From the NCBI GenBank assembly GCA_018713515.1, contig DVOO01000016.1, positions 62,659-126,658 of the forward strand: DNA of 64,000 nt, in the 5' to 3' direction. Position 1 is the first letter of the stretch; each line of letters begins with the position of its first letter. The DNA comes from Candidatus Scatomonas pullistercoris. Its GTDB lineage: Bacteria > Bacillota > Clostridia > Lachnospirales > Lachnospiraceae. Shown one piece after another: positions 18,932 to 28,241 of the stretch. The notes beneath the pieces are model-generated. The model was not told the DNA's origin, ran no database searches, and was given only the letters and a program-made list of their open reading frames with translations. The position numbers were made by a program, and so were the translations under genes.

Positions 18932-20005
18932 CTATTCGGAAAGCAGCCTCTCCTTCAGCCACGCTTCCAGAAAACGGAAGAAGGTCTCCATCTCCTCCCG
19001 GTTGCCCACAGTGATCCGCAGATAATTGTCGATCCGGGGTTTGTCAAAATACCTTACGTAAATGTGCTGCTCCCGCAGCGCCTGGTAGATTTCCCGGGCC
19101 GGCACACTCTCATGGGACGCGAAAATAAAGTTCGCCTTGGAATCTCCGAAACGGAATCCCAGACGCCTAAGTTCCGTCTTGGCCCATTCCCGGGTTTCGA
19201 TGACCTTCGCCCTTGTTTTCTCAAAATATTCCCGGTCCCGGAGGGCCGCTGTCCCCAGGATCAGCGCCGTCTGATCCATGGTATAGGAATTAAAGGAATA
19301 TTTTACATCGTTCAGACAAGCGATCAGCTCCTCGTTTCCGATACAGAAGCCGATCCGCATCCCCGCCATGGACCTGGACTTGGAAAAGGTCTGAACCACC
19401 AGAAGGTTCTCATACTTCTCCAGCAGCGGCAGGGCTGTGGCCGCCCCGAAATCCACATAGGCTTCGTCCACAATCACAACAGAGCCGCGGTTGCTGTCCA
19501 GAATCCTCTCGATGGCCTCCAGAGAAAGCTCCTCCCCGGTGGGCGCGTTGGGATTCGGGAACACGATTCCCCCGTTCTCCCTCTCATAATCCCCGGGCAC
19601 GATGCGAAACTGCTCATCCAGCGGGATCTGACAGTACGGAATCCGGAACAGGCCCGCCCACACATCGTAAAAGGAATAGGTAATGTCCGGAAACAGAATC
19701 GGCAGCTCCGAGTTGAAAAATGTCAGGAACGCCATGGCCAGCACATCATCGGAACCAACTCCCACAAAGACCTGAGAAGGCCTGACCCCGTAAAACTCAG
19801 CCAGCGCCTCCACCAGCATCCTGGCCTCCGGATCCGGGTACAGCCGGAACTTCTCCGCCTGCATCTCCCGCAGGGCCCGCTCCACTCCCGGCGCGGGAGG
19901 ATAGGGATTCTCATTGGTGTTCAGTTTTATCATCCGTGCCTGTCCCGGCTGCTCACCGGGGACGTAGGGGGTCACCCGCCGCACGCCTTCTCTCCAGTCT
20001 CGCAT
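18932..20005 (-). CDS. hisC: histidinol-phosphate aminotransferase
   Basis: It has the segments VTPYVPGEQP, LNTNENP and SRSMAGMRIG (PLP Lys region FSKS). The start is one of three ATGs (20020, 20014, 20005); 20005 has the best RBS, GAGGA. Confidence 0.88.
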   Translation of the reverse strand: MRDWREGVRRVTPYVPGEQPGQARMIKLNTNENPYPPAPGVERALREMQAEKFRLYPDPEARMLVEALAEFYGVRPSQVFVGVGSDDVLAMAFLTFFNSELPILFPDITYSFYDVWAGLFRIPYCQIPLDEQFRIVPGDYERENGGIVFPNPNAPTGEELSLEAIERILDSNRGSVVIVDEAYVDFGAATALPLLEKYENLLVVQTFSKSRSMAGMRIGFCIGNEELIACLNDVKYSFNSYTMDQTALILGTAALRDREYFEKTRAKVIETREWAKTELRRLGFRFGDSKANFIFASHESVPAREIYQALREQHIYVRYFDKPRIDNYLRITVGNREEMETFFRFLEAWLKERLLSE

Positions 20006-20104
20006 CTTTCTCATCCTCATCTTTCGGTGTATTGCCTTTCCATTATAGCATAAGTTCCGGAAAAGGGAATAAATTTTGAATAAGCACAGGGAAGGGAACG
20101 CAAT

Positions 20105-21847
20105 ATGGAAAATCAGAAAATGGAAAATCTTCTGAATCTGGCTCTCTACGCCTCTCCTACGGAGCGCCTGCGCTCCTTGCAGCTCCCCGTGGGCTACGAT
20201 GCCGCGGACCAGACCTTCGAGGTGGTCATCCGTTATCAGGGGGATCTGTCCTTTCTGGAGGATGCGGGCCTGGACTATACGGCCCTTCTGGGAAGTTACG
20301 CCATTCTCCGCCTGCCGGAGGACAGTCTGGACGCCGTCAGCAGGCTCCCCCAGGTTACCTATATGGAAAAGCCGAAGCGTCTGTACTTCTCGGCGTCGGA
20401 AGGCCGGGCCGCCTCCTGCATCAATCCCGTGCAGAGCGGTTCCGCCCTGGATAGTCCAGGGCTTTCCGGACGGGGGATTCTGGTGGCCTGCATCGACTCA
20501 GGTGTAGATTACACACACCCGGATTTCCGCAATCCTGATGGTTCTTCCAGGATCCTCCGCCTATGGGACCAGACTGCGGCGCAGGGACCTCCCCCGCCCG
20601 GCTACCGGCTGGGCACCCTCTATACCAAAGAGCAGCTGGACGCGGCTCTTTCCTCTGACTTTCCTCTGGAACAGATCCCCAGCCGCGATCCCGGCGGACA
20701 CGGCACGGCGGTCCTCGGCATCGCGGCCGGAAACGGCCGGGCCAGCGGCGGAATCCTGAAAGGAACGGCTCCTGAGGCCAGCCTGGCTGTCGTAAAACTT
20801 GGCGTGCCCGAACCCGGCGGTTTTCCCCGTACAACCCAGCTGATGCAGGCTCTGGATTATATCATCCGTCTTTCCATGGAGCTTAAGCTCCCGACTGCCG
20901 TCAATATCAGCATCGGCAACAGCTACGGCTCTCACAGCGGAGATTCGCTGCTGGAAACCTATATCGATACCGTCTCCGGCTTCGGCCGGAATGTCATCTG
21001 TATCGGAACCGGGAACGAGGGGGACCGGGGATGCCACCGAACCGGGAAAATGATCTCCGGCCAGATCCTGGATACAGAATTTCAGACGGGCTCCTATACC
21101 CTGACCACCAATCTCCAGATCTGGAAGCAGTATACGGATACCGCGGATCTGGTCCTGATCCATCCGGGCGGTCAGACATCCGGGCCGATTCAGCCGGTTC
21201 TGGGACCTCTTCGGCTGCGCCTGCAGAATACAGAGATTCTCGCCTACTACGGCATGCCCTCCCCCTTCTCCGTTTTCCAGGAAATATATCTGGACTTTCT
21301 TCCGGTCTCCGGAAATACGTATGTGGACAGCGGTACCTGGACTCTGCGTCTGATTCCGAAGCGGATCGTGGACGGGACCTTTCACACGTGGCTGCCCGGC
21401 GGTTCCGCAGAATCTTCTGCCCGCTTTTATCTTCCTTCTCCCGACACCACCCTTACGATTCCTTCCACGGCCAGGCGGGGAATCGCCGTAGCCGCTTATA
21501 ATTCCTCCCTGCAGACCTACGCGCCCTTCTCCGGAAGAGGCTACACTGCCGTCCGGCAGGAGATTAAGCCGGATCTGGCCGCGCCGGGCGTCAATATTCA
21601 GGCTCCGCGGCCCGGCGGCGGCTACGGGACATATACCGGCACCTCCTTCGCGGCGCCCTTCGTCACCGGCTCCGCAGCGCTGCTGATGGAATGGGGCATC
21701 CTTAAGGGAAACGACCCCTTTCTGTACGGGGAAAAAGTAAAGGCCTATCTGCAGCGGGGCGCCCGGCAGCTGCCCGGGTACGAAACGTGGCCCAACCCGC
21801 AGCTGGGCTACGGTGTCCTGTGCCTCAAAGACAGCTTCCCGGACTGA
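20105..21847 (+). CDS. S8 subtilisin-like serine peptidase, Csp (germination protease)-like
   Basis: The catalytic triad context is intact: CIDSGVDYTHPDF (Asp), GGHGTAV (His) and GTSFAAP (Ser). The N-terminal prodomain ends ..YMEKPKRLYF, as in clostridial Csp proteases. Confidence 0.8.
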   Translation: MENQKMENLLNLALYASPTERLRSLQLPVGYDAADQTFEVVIRYQGDLSFLEDAGLDYTALLGSYAILRLPEDSLDAVSRLPQVTYMEKPKRLYFSASEGRAASCINPVQSGSALDSPGLSGRGILVACIDSGVDYTHPDFRNPDGSSRILRLWDQTAAQGPPPPGYRLGTLYTKEQLDAALSSDFPLEQIPSRDPGGHGTAVLGIAAGNGRASGGILKGTAPEASLAVVKLGVPEPGGFPRTTQLMQALDYIIRLSMELKLPTAVNISIGNSYGSHSGDSLLETYIDTVSGFGRNVICIGTGNEGDRGCHRTGKMISGQILDTEFQTGSYTLTTNLQIWKQYTDTADLVLIHPGGQTSGPIQPVLGPLRLRLQNTEILAYYGMPSPFSVFQEIYLDFLPVSGNTYVDSGTWTLRLIPKRIVDGTFHTWLPGGSAESSARFYLPSPDTTLTIPSTARRGIAVAAYNSSLQTYAPFSGRGYTAVRQEIKPDLAAPGVNIQAPRPGGGYGTYTGTSFAAPFVTGSAALLMEWGILKGNDPFLYGEKVKAYLQRGARQLPGYETWPNPQLGYGVLCLKDSFPD

Positions 21848-21906
21848 TTCTGCTCTCCAAAAATGCCGGTGCGCCCTGAGAAAATCCCCAGACTCTCCCT
21901 CTTCTA

Positions 21907-21915
21907 TGCTATAAT
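21907..21915 (+). promoter_or_regulatory. extended -10 promoter element
   Basis: TGcTATAAT lies 40 nt upstream of the ATG at 21955. That ATG is preceded by an AAGGAGGGG RBS. Confidence 0.4.
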
Positions 21916-21954
21916 AAATTTATACATTTACCTGAGAAAAGGAGGGGATTTTAC

Positions 21955-23349
21955 ATGGCAAAATACAGATGCAGCGTATGCGGGTTTATCTATGATGAGG
22001 AGCGGGAGGGACGTCCCTTCTCGGAACTGTCGGAATGCCCGGTCTGCCGTCAGCCCTCCTCCGCCTTCTCCCTCTGGGAGGAACAGGCGGAGAGGCCGCT
22101 TCCGGAGCCGGAACAAAAAGAGATGTCTCTGGAATATCCGAAGGAGTACGTGCGCACCGATGAAAGCTGCCGCATGATGGCGGAGATCCACGAAATGGCC
22201 GTTTCCGGAAAATCGCTGTCCGCAGCCATGGGGACGCAGCTGCCCATGCCCGGCTGGGATGAGATTCTGCTTCTGGGGGCCCAGCTGGATCCCATGCCCC
22301 TGGATGAGCATGCGCCGGTGGATACCCGGACCGTCATCGGTCCCCGCGCCGCGCGTCCCCTGATTCTGAACAATCCGGTCTATATCTCCCACATGTCTTT
22401 CGGCGCCCTGTCCCGGGAGGCCAAGATTGCCCTGGCCACGGGCAGCGCCATGGCCGGAAGCGCCATGTGCTCCGGCGAGGGCGGAATTCTCCCGGAGGAA
22501 ATGGCGGCGGCTGACAAATATATTTTTGAGTATGTGGGAAATCTGTACAGCGTCACCCCGGAAAATCTGCAGAATGCAGATGCCATTGAAATCAAGATCG
22601 GCCAGGGAACCAAGCCCGGCATGGGCGGCCATCTGCCTGCGGAGAAGGTCACCCGGGAAATCAGCCGTCTGCGAAACCGGCCCATGGGAGAAGATATTGT
22701 TGCCCCTTCCCGCTTTCCGGGCATTGAAACCAGAGAAGATCTGAAAATGCTGGTGAGTCAGTTAAAGATGGCTTCCGGCGGCCGGCCCGTGGGCATCAAG
22801 ATCGCGGCCGGGCATATTGAACAGGATCTGGCATTCTGTACCTGGGCAGAACCGGATTTTATCACCATCGACGGCCGGGGCGGCGCCACCGGCTCTTCTC
22901 CGAAGTTCCTGCGGGATTCCGCCAGCCTTCCCACCATCTACGCCCTGTACCGGGCCAGGAAATATCTGGACAGCATCGGCTCAGACATCAGCCTGATCAT
23001 TACGGGAGGGCTCCGGGTATCTTCTGATTTTGCCAAAGCCCTCGCCATGGGCGCAGACGCAGTGGCCGTGGCCACCGCGCCGCTGATGGCCCTGGGATGT
23101 CAGCAGTACCGGATCTGCGGATCCGGCCGGTGCCCCATGGGTATTGCCACCCAGGATCCCGATCTGCGGGCCCGTCTGAAAATTGAGCCTGCCGCCAAAA
23201 GAGTTGCAAACTTTTTGAATACGTCTCTGGAGGAGCTGAAAACCTTTGCGCGGGTCACCGGCCACAGCCGTCTCGCCGACCTGTCCACCGCAGATCTCTG
23301 CACCATCAGCCGTGAGATCAGTGCATTTACCAACATTCCCCACGCATGA
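21955..23349 (+). CDS. rubredoxin-fused FMN-binding glutamate synthase (GltS FMN domain) family protein
   Basis: The N-terminus YRCSVCGFIYDE..CPVCRQP forms a rubredoxin-type knuckle pair. The rest (GEGG, IKIGQGTKPGMGGHLP, DGRGGATG) matches the GltB FMN-binding domain. Confidence 0.85.
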   Translation: MAKYRCSVCGFIYDEEREGRPFSELSECPVCRQPSSAFSLWEEQAERPLPEPEQKEMSLEYPKEYVRTDESCRMMAEIHEMAVSGKSLSAAMGTQLPMPGWDEILLLGAQLDPMPLDEHAPVDTRTVIGPRAARPLILNNPVYISHMSFGALSREAKIALATGSAMAGSAMCSGEGGILPEEMAAADKYIFEYVGNLYSVTPENLQNADAIEIKIGQGTKPGMGGHLPAEKVTREISRLRNRPMGEDIVAPSRFPGIETREDLKMLVSQLKMASGGRPVGIKIAAGHIEQDLAFCTWAEPDFITIDGRGGATGSSPKFLRDSASLPTIYALYRARKYLDSIGSDISLIITGGLRVSSDFAKALAMGADAVAVATAPLMALGCQQYRICGSGRCPMGIATQDPDLRARLKIEPAAKRVANFLNTSLEELKTFARVTGHSRLADLSTADLCTISREISAFTNIPHA

Positions 23350-23412
23350 CCGCGTACTTTCTGCTTGCATTTTGCAGCAGTTCTGACTATAATAGGATTG
23401 CAAAGAATAATA

Positions 23413-23537
23413 TTAAGAGATCTTCAGGGCGGGGTGCAATTCCCCACTGGCGGTACAGTCCGCGACCCGCTGTTCTGCAGCGGCTGAACCGGTGCAACTC
23501 CGGTACCAACAGTTACAGTCTGGATGGAAGAAGAACA
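23413..23537 (+). promoter_or_regulatory. FMN riboswitch (RFN element)
   Basis: The conserved RFN cores are present: CTTCAGGGCGGGGTGCAATTCCCCACTGGCGGTA and CCGGTGCAACTCCGGTACCAACAGTTACAGTCTGGATGGAAGAAG. A terminator and then ribU follow. Confidence 0.9.
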
Positions 23538-23558
23538 AACATACGCTTGTGCGCTGTG

Positions 23559-23588
23559 CCCCGGGATCCGCTTTCCCGGGGTTTTTTC
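23559..23588 (+). terminator. riboswitch expression-platform terminator
   Basis: CCCCGGGA pairs with TCCCGGGG as an 8-bp stem around a 7-nt loop, followed by TTTTTT. Confidence 0.8.
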
Positions 23589-23618
23589 ATTTCCCGGATC
23601 TCTGGAAAGAAGGAAAAT

Positions 23619-24257
23619 ATGGACAACAATCTCGCAGTAAAAAGAAGACGCGTGGGTGCCGATCAGGCCACCCGCACCCGGCTGATCATTCAGATCGGCA
23701 TGCTGGCCGCTGTGGCGACCGTGCTGATGCTCTTTGAGTTTCCCCTGCCCTTTGCTCCCAGCTTCTACGAGCTGGATTTCAGCGAAGTGCCGGTACTCAT
23801 CGGAAGCTTTGCCATGGGTCCCCTGGCCGGCGGCTGCATCGAACTGATCAAGATCCTGCTGAATCTTGTGGTGAATGGAACGGACACCATGTTCGTGGGC
23901 GAGCTGGCCAACCTTCTGATGGGCTGCGCCATGGTGATCCCCGCAGGCTTTATCTACAGAAGGCATAAAACAAGAAAAACCGCTCTGGCCGGCATGGCCG
24001 CAGGCACCCTCTGCATGGCTGCCGCGGCGGTTTTCGTCAATGCCTATATGCTGCTTCCCGCCTACGGGGCTGCCTTCCACCTGGAGACTTCGGCCTTCGT
24101 GGCCATGGGCCAGGCCATTATCCCGGCTGTGGACAGCCTGCTGAAGTTCTGCCTGCTGATCGTCACCCCCTTTAACCTGGTAAAAGGTATTGCGGTTTCC
24201 GTCATCACTCTGCTATTATATAAGCACATCAGCCGGCTGCTGAAGGGCAGAGGCTGA
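23619..24257 (+). CDS. ribU: ECF-transporter S component for riboflavin
   Basis: 212 aa polytopic membrane protein (..LFEFPLPFAPSFYELDFSEVPVLIGSFAMGP..) lying directly downstream of the FMN riboswitch. Confidence 0.85.
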   Translation: MDNNLAVKRRRVGADQATRTRLIIQIGMLAAVATVLMLFEFPLPFAPSFYELDFSEVPVLIGSFAMGPLAGGCIELIKILLNLVVNGTDTMFVGELANLLMGCAMVIPAGFIYRRHKTRKTALAGMAAGTLCMAAAAVFVNAYMLLPAYGAAFHLETSAFVAMGQAIIPAVDSLLKFCLLIVTPFNLVKGIAVSVITLLLYKHISRLLKGRG

Positions 24258-24283
24258 AATCTCATACCAGGAAGTGAAGGTTC

Positions 24284-24895
24284 ATGGCACAGATCTGTGA
24301 AGTAAAACAATTAACGGAAAACCCTTTTGTCAACCTGTATCAGGTGAACGGAACCAATAAAAAAGGACGGCCCACCCGCTATTTCGTAGCTTCCAGGGCC
24401 AAACACATCGAAAACCTGAAGCTGAAGACCCACAAAAACACGCCGGACGGCGTGGTGATCTACAGCCTTTACGGTGAAGCGCATGACCGGGTGGTGCTGA
24501 TCCGCCAGTACCGCTATCCCATTGACGGCTACATCTATGAACTGCCGGCCGGGCTGGTGGAGCCTGGCGAAGACTACCACGCGGCTGCCGTGCGGGAACT
24601 CCACGAGGAGACGGGCCTTACCTTCTCCCCCATCCAGGCGGATCCCATGTTTGAGAAGCCCGGCTTTACCACCATCGGCATGACCGATGAATCCTGCGCC
24701 ACCGTATTCGGCTATGCCTCCGGGGAGGTCAGCCAGAAATACATGGAGGAAAACGAAGAAATTGAAGTGGTGCTGGCTGACCGCCGGGAAGTGCGGCGCA
24801 TCCTGAAGGAAGAGCACGTTGCCATCATCTGCGCCTATCAGCTCATGCATTTTCTGAGCGATGAGCGCCCCTTTGGTTTTCTTGAACAGCAGTGA
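24284..24895 (+). CDS. NUDIX hydrolase (ADP-ribose pyrophosphatase-like)
   Basis: The Nudix box is [23 protein letters not shown]. Confidence 0.85.
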   Translation: MAQICEVKQLTENPFVNLYQVNGTNKKGRPTRYFVASRAKHIENLKLKTHKNTPDGVVIYSLYGEAHDRVVLIRQYRYPIDGYIYELPAGLVEPGEDYHAAAVRELHEETGLTFSPIQADPMFEKPGFTTIGMTDESCATVFGYASGEVSQKYMEENEEIEVVLADRREVRRILKEEHVAIICAYQLMHFLSDERPFGFLEQQ

Positions 24896-24897
24896 AT

Positions 24898-24956
24898 AAA
24901 ATCCCTCTCTGCCGGAGATACTGAAAAAAGTATCAATGGTAAGAGAGGGATTTTTT
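24898..24956 (+). terminator. long structured hairpin/terminator whose 3' arm contains the rubrerythrin RBS
   Basis: The outer stem pairs AAAATCCCTCTCT (24898-24910) with AGAGAGGGATTTT (24942-24954). An inner stem pairs GATACT with AGTATC. A T-run leads directly into the ATG at 24957. Confidence 0.5.
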
Positions 24957-25550
24957 ATGGTTCAGAATTTTATGGACAGTGAAACAAAGACAAATCTGAT
25001 GCGCGCCTTTGCGGGAGAGAGCATGGCCAGAAACCGCTACATCTTCAGCGCCAGCCTGGCCAAAAAGGAGCACCGGCACGTACTGGAGCAGCTGTTCCGC
25101 TTTACCGCCGGCCAGGAAGAGCAGCACGCGAAAATCTTCTACAATCTGATGAAGGATTTAAGCGGCCGGACCATCGTTGTGGACGCCGGATACCCGGTGG
25201 ATCACAGCTCCAGCCTGGAAGAGCTTCTGCGGGCGGCCCAGAGCCACGAATACGAGGAACATGATTCCATCTACAAAAGCTTCGGGGAAACCGCGAAAGC
25301 CGAAGGCTTTCACGGCGTGGCTTCTTCCTTTCTGAAAATCGCCGAAATTGAAAAAGTCCACGGAGACCGCTTCGGCCGCTTCGCCGAACTGCTGGAGAAG
25401 GGCAGCCTCTTCGTCTCCAGCGTGGAGATCGACTGGATCTGTCTGAAATGCGGACATATTTACCGGGGCATGGAAGCCCCGAAGCTCTGTCCCGTCTGCG
25501 GTCATGACCAGGGCTACTTTATCCGCCTGGATCTCTGTCCTTTTGAATAA
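24957..25550 (+). CDS. rbr: rubrerythrin
   Basis: The diiron four-helix segment (NLMRAFAGESMARNRY, EEQHA, EYEEH) is followed by a C-terminal rubredoxin-like pair, CLKCGH..CPVCGH. Confidence 0.9.
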   Translation: MVQNFMDSETKTNLMRAFAGESMARNRYIFSASLAKKEHRHVLEQLFRFTAGQEEQHAKIFYNLMKDLSGRTIVVDAGYPVDHSSSLEELLRAAQSHEYEEHDSIYKSFGETAKAEGFHGVASSFLKIAEIEKVHGDRFGRFAELLEKGSLFVSSVEIDWICLKCGHIYRGMEAPKLCPVCGHDQGYFIRLDLCPFE

Positions 25551-25555
25551 CCGCT

Positions 25556-27697
25556 TCAGAGGATCATGGACAGAGAAATCCTTTTCTTTGCCGGATCCAC
25601 GCCAAGAACCTTTACCTCCACAATGTCGCCGACGCTGACAACCTCCAGGGGATGTTTCACGAATTTTTTTCTGGTCAGCTTGGAAATATGCACGAGCCCG
25701 TCCTGATGAACGCCGATGTCCACGAAGGCCCCGAAATCAATCACGTTCCGCACGGTTCCCTTCAGAATCATGCCCTCTTTCAGGTCTTTGATATCCAGCA
25801 CATCACTTCGCAGGACGGGTTTTGGCATGTCTTCTCTGGGGTCTCTTCCCGGTTTCTGCAGTTCCTGCACAATATCTCTTAAGGTAACTTCACCGATCCC
25901 CAGTTTTTCCGCCATCCCGGCATAATCGGGAATATAGAAAACAGCGGTTCCCTCGGAAATCTGCTTCGTCTCCAGACCCAGCTTCCGAAACAGCTCTTTT
26001 ACCGCGCCGTAGCTCTCCGGATGGACGCTGGTGGCATCCAGGGGATTCTCTCCTCCCGTAATACGCATAAATCCCGCGCACTGTTCAAAGGCTTTGGGCC
26101 CCAGCTTGGGAACCTTTAAAAGCTCCCGCCGGCTCTGGAATCTCCCGTGCTCCTCCCGCCAGGCCACGATATTTCTGGCGGTGGTTTTCGTAATTCCCGA
26201 TATATATTCCAGCAGGGACGCGGAGGCCGTATTCAGATCCACGCCCACCCGGTTGACGCAGTCCTCTACCACGCCGGTCAGCGCATTTCCCAGCTTTTTC
26301 TGATCCATGTCGTGCTGGTACTGTCCCACGCCGATGGCCCTGGGATCGATCTTCACCAGCTCCGCCAGAGGATCCTGTACCCTTCTTGCGATGGAAGCAG
26401 CGCTCCTTTGCCCCACATCGAACTCAGGAAATTCTTCTGTGGCCAGCGCGCTGGCCGAGTAGACAGAGGCACCCGCTTCATTGGTAATCACATACTGCAC
26501 CGGATCAGAAATCTCCTTCAGAAGCTCCACAATCACCTGTTCCGACTCCCGGGAGGCTGTGCCGTTTCCCACAGAAATCAGCGTAATATGGTATTTCCGG
26601 ATCATCTTTTTTACTGTTTCCTTCGCCGCGCGGATCTTTGCCTCATTCGTGGGCGCTGTGGGGTAGATGACAGCCGTATCCAGCACTTTTCCGGTGGCGT
26701 CCACCACAGCCAGCTTGCACCCGGTGCGGAAGGCGGGATCCCAGCCTAGCACCACCTGCCCGGAAATGGGCGGCTGCATCAGCAGCTGCTCCAGATTTTT
26801 TCCAAAAACCCGGATTGCTCCCTCCTCTGCCTTTTCCGTCAGATCATTCCGGATCTCCCGCTCGATGGCCGGAGCAATAAGACGTCGGTAGCTGTCCGCA
26901 ATGATCGTTTTCAGAACCGGCGCGGTATAAGGATTATCCCGCAGGATAATTTTCTTTTCCAGATAGCGAAGAATCTCCTCCTCCGGCGCCTGGATTTTCA
27001 CCGTCAAAAATTTTTCTTTTTCTCCCCGGTTGATGGCCAGGATCCGGTGCCCCGCGATCTTTGCCGCCGGCTCCTCAAACTGATAATACATTTCATAAAC
27101 AGATGGCATCGTTTCATCCTTCGCGGCTGATACCACGCGTCCCTCCCGGAACGTGCGTCGGCGGATTTCCCGGCGGAAGGCCGCCTCATCGGAAATCTGC
27201 TCCGCCAGGATATCTCCGGCTCCCGCCAGAGCTTCCTCTACGGTCAGAACGCCCTTTTCTTCCGACAGATACGCCTCTGCCTCCATCTCCAACGGTCTTT
27301 CTGCTCTCTGAAGCCGGATCAGGGCTGCCAGGGGCTCCAGGCCCTTTTCCCTGGCAATGGCCGCCCGGGTCCTTCTCTTCGGCCGGTACGGCCGGTAGAT
27401 ATCCTCCGCGGCTACCAGGGTCTGTGCTCCCTCCAGGGCCTTTTTCAGCTCCTCTGTCCATTTTCCCTGTTCCTGGATACTGACGCGGATCTGTTCCTTT
27501 CTTTCTTCCAGATTCCGCAGATAATTCAGACGTTCATACAGCTTCCGCAGGATCTCATCGTTCAGAGATTCCGTTGCTTCTTTTCTATACCGGGCAATAA
27601 AGGGAATGGTATTCCCCTCATCGATCAGTTTGACAGCAGACTCCGCCTGAGATGCTTTTATCCCCAGCTCTTCCGCCAGCACTTTTATGATGTCCAT
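25556..27697 (-). CDS. tex: Tex-like RNA-binding transcription accessory protein
   Basis: The N-terminus contains IPFIARYRKE, a YqgF-like core follows, and the C-terminus is an S1 domain (GTVRNVIDFGAFVDIG). The ATG at 27697 has a CAGGAGGAG RBS. Confidence 0.92.
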   Translation of the reverse strand: MDIIKVLAEELGIKASQAESAVKLIDEGNTIPFIARYRKEATESLNDEILRKLYERLNYLRNLEERKEQIRVSIQEQGKWTEELKKALEGAQTLVAAEDIYRPYRPKRRTRAAIAREKGLEPLAALIRLQRAERPLEMEAEAYLSEEKGVLTVEEALAGAGDILAEQISDEAAFRREIRRRTFREGRVVSAAKDETMPSVYEMYYQFEEPAAKIAGHRILAINRGEKEKFLTVKIQAPEEEILRYLEKKIILRDNPYTAPVLKTIIADSYRRLIAPAIEREIRNDLTEKAEEGAIRVFGKNLEQLLMQPPISGQVVLGWDPAFRTGCKLAVVDATGKVLDTAVIYPTAPTNEAKIRAAKETVKKMIRKYHITLISVGNGTASRESEQVIVELLKEISDPVQYVITNEAGASVYSASALATEEFPEFDVGQRSAASIARRVQDPLAELVKIDPRAIGVGQYQHDMDQKKLGNALTGVVEDCVNRVGVDLNTASASLLEYISGITKTTARNIVAWREEHGRFQSRRELLKVPKLGPKAFEQCAGFMRITGGENPLDATSVHPESYGAVKELFRKLGLETKQISEGTAVFYIPDYAGMAEKLGIGEVTLRDIVQELQKPGRDPREDMPKPVLRSDVLDIKDLKEGMILKGTVRNVIDFGAFVDIGVHQDGLVHISKLTRKKFVKHPLEVVSVGDIVEVKVLGVDPAKKRISLSMIL

Positions 27698-27757
27698 ATG
27701 ATTCTCCTCCTGTTTGTCAGCTTCTAAAAGGCTTCCAGGTGAGGGTATCAAAAGGGG

Positions 27758-27786
27758 TTGAATTTGTCAACTGCATCATGTATGAT
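27758..27786 (+). promoter_or_regulatory. sigma-A type promoter
   Basis: TTGAAT, a 17-nt spacer, then TATGAT, about 50 nt upstream of the ATG at 27834. Confidence 0.5.
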
Positions 27787-27833
27787 GCTGTCAGACAGTT
27801 TTTTCTGTCTCTAAACCGGAAAGGAGTTTTTTC

Positions 27834-28241
27834 ATGGATCCATATACAAGACAGGAGGGATACGGCTCCCGCTCCATGGCCACCGCGTCTCTGGTAACGG
27901 GCATCCTCTCCCTCGCTTTGTTCGTCACAGGACTTTCTCTTTTCATCGGCGCCCTTGCCGTTATTCTGGCAATCCTCTCCCGTGGCTCCGGCCGTATGCT
28001 CTCCGGCGCTGTTACCGGCCTGATCACCGGGATTACGGGAATCGGTCTGTCCCTGCTGCTGCTTATTTCGGCAGTTCTTATGATCTCCGACGGTGAATGG
28101 AAGCAGTACATGGACGAAATTGAAAAGATTTATCAGGAATACAGCTCACAGGAAAATTCTCCCCTGGTATCCCCGCTGATCACTACGGGGAAATATTCTG
28201 ACTGGACATGCCATCTGACGGAACAGGAGTTTTCATTATGA
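27834..28241 (+). CDS. small membrane protein (DUF4190-like)
   Basis: 135 aa with two or three hydrophobic helices (ASLVTGILSLALFVTG.., GLITGITGIGLSLLLL). An AAAGGAG RBS precedes it, and its stop overlaps the next start (ATGA). Confidence 0.6.
   Translation: MDPYTRQEGYGSRSMATASLVTGILSLALFVTGLSLFIGALAVILAILSRGSGRMLSGAVTGLITGITGIGLSLLLLISAVLMISDGEWKQYMDEIEKIYQEYSSQENSPLVSPLITTGKYSDWTCHLTEQEFSL

Noticed and set aside
23346-23618. Upstream extension of the ribU ORF
   Set aside because: It reads through the FMN riboswitch and its terminator. The real start is the ATG at 23619.
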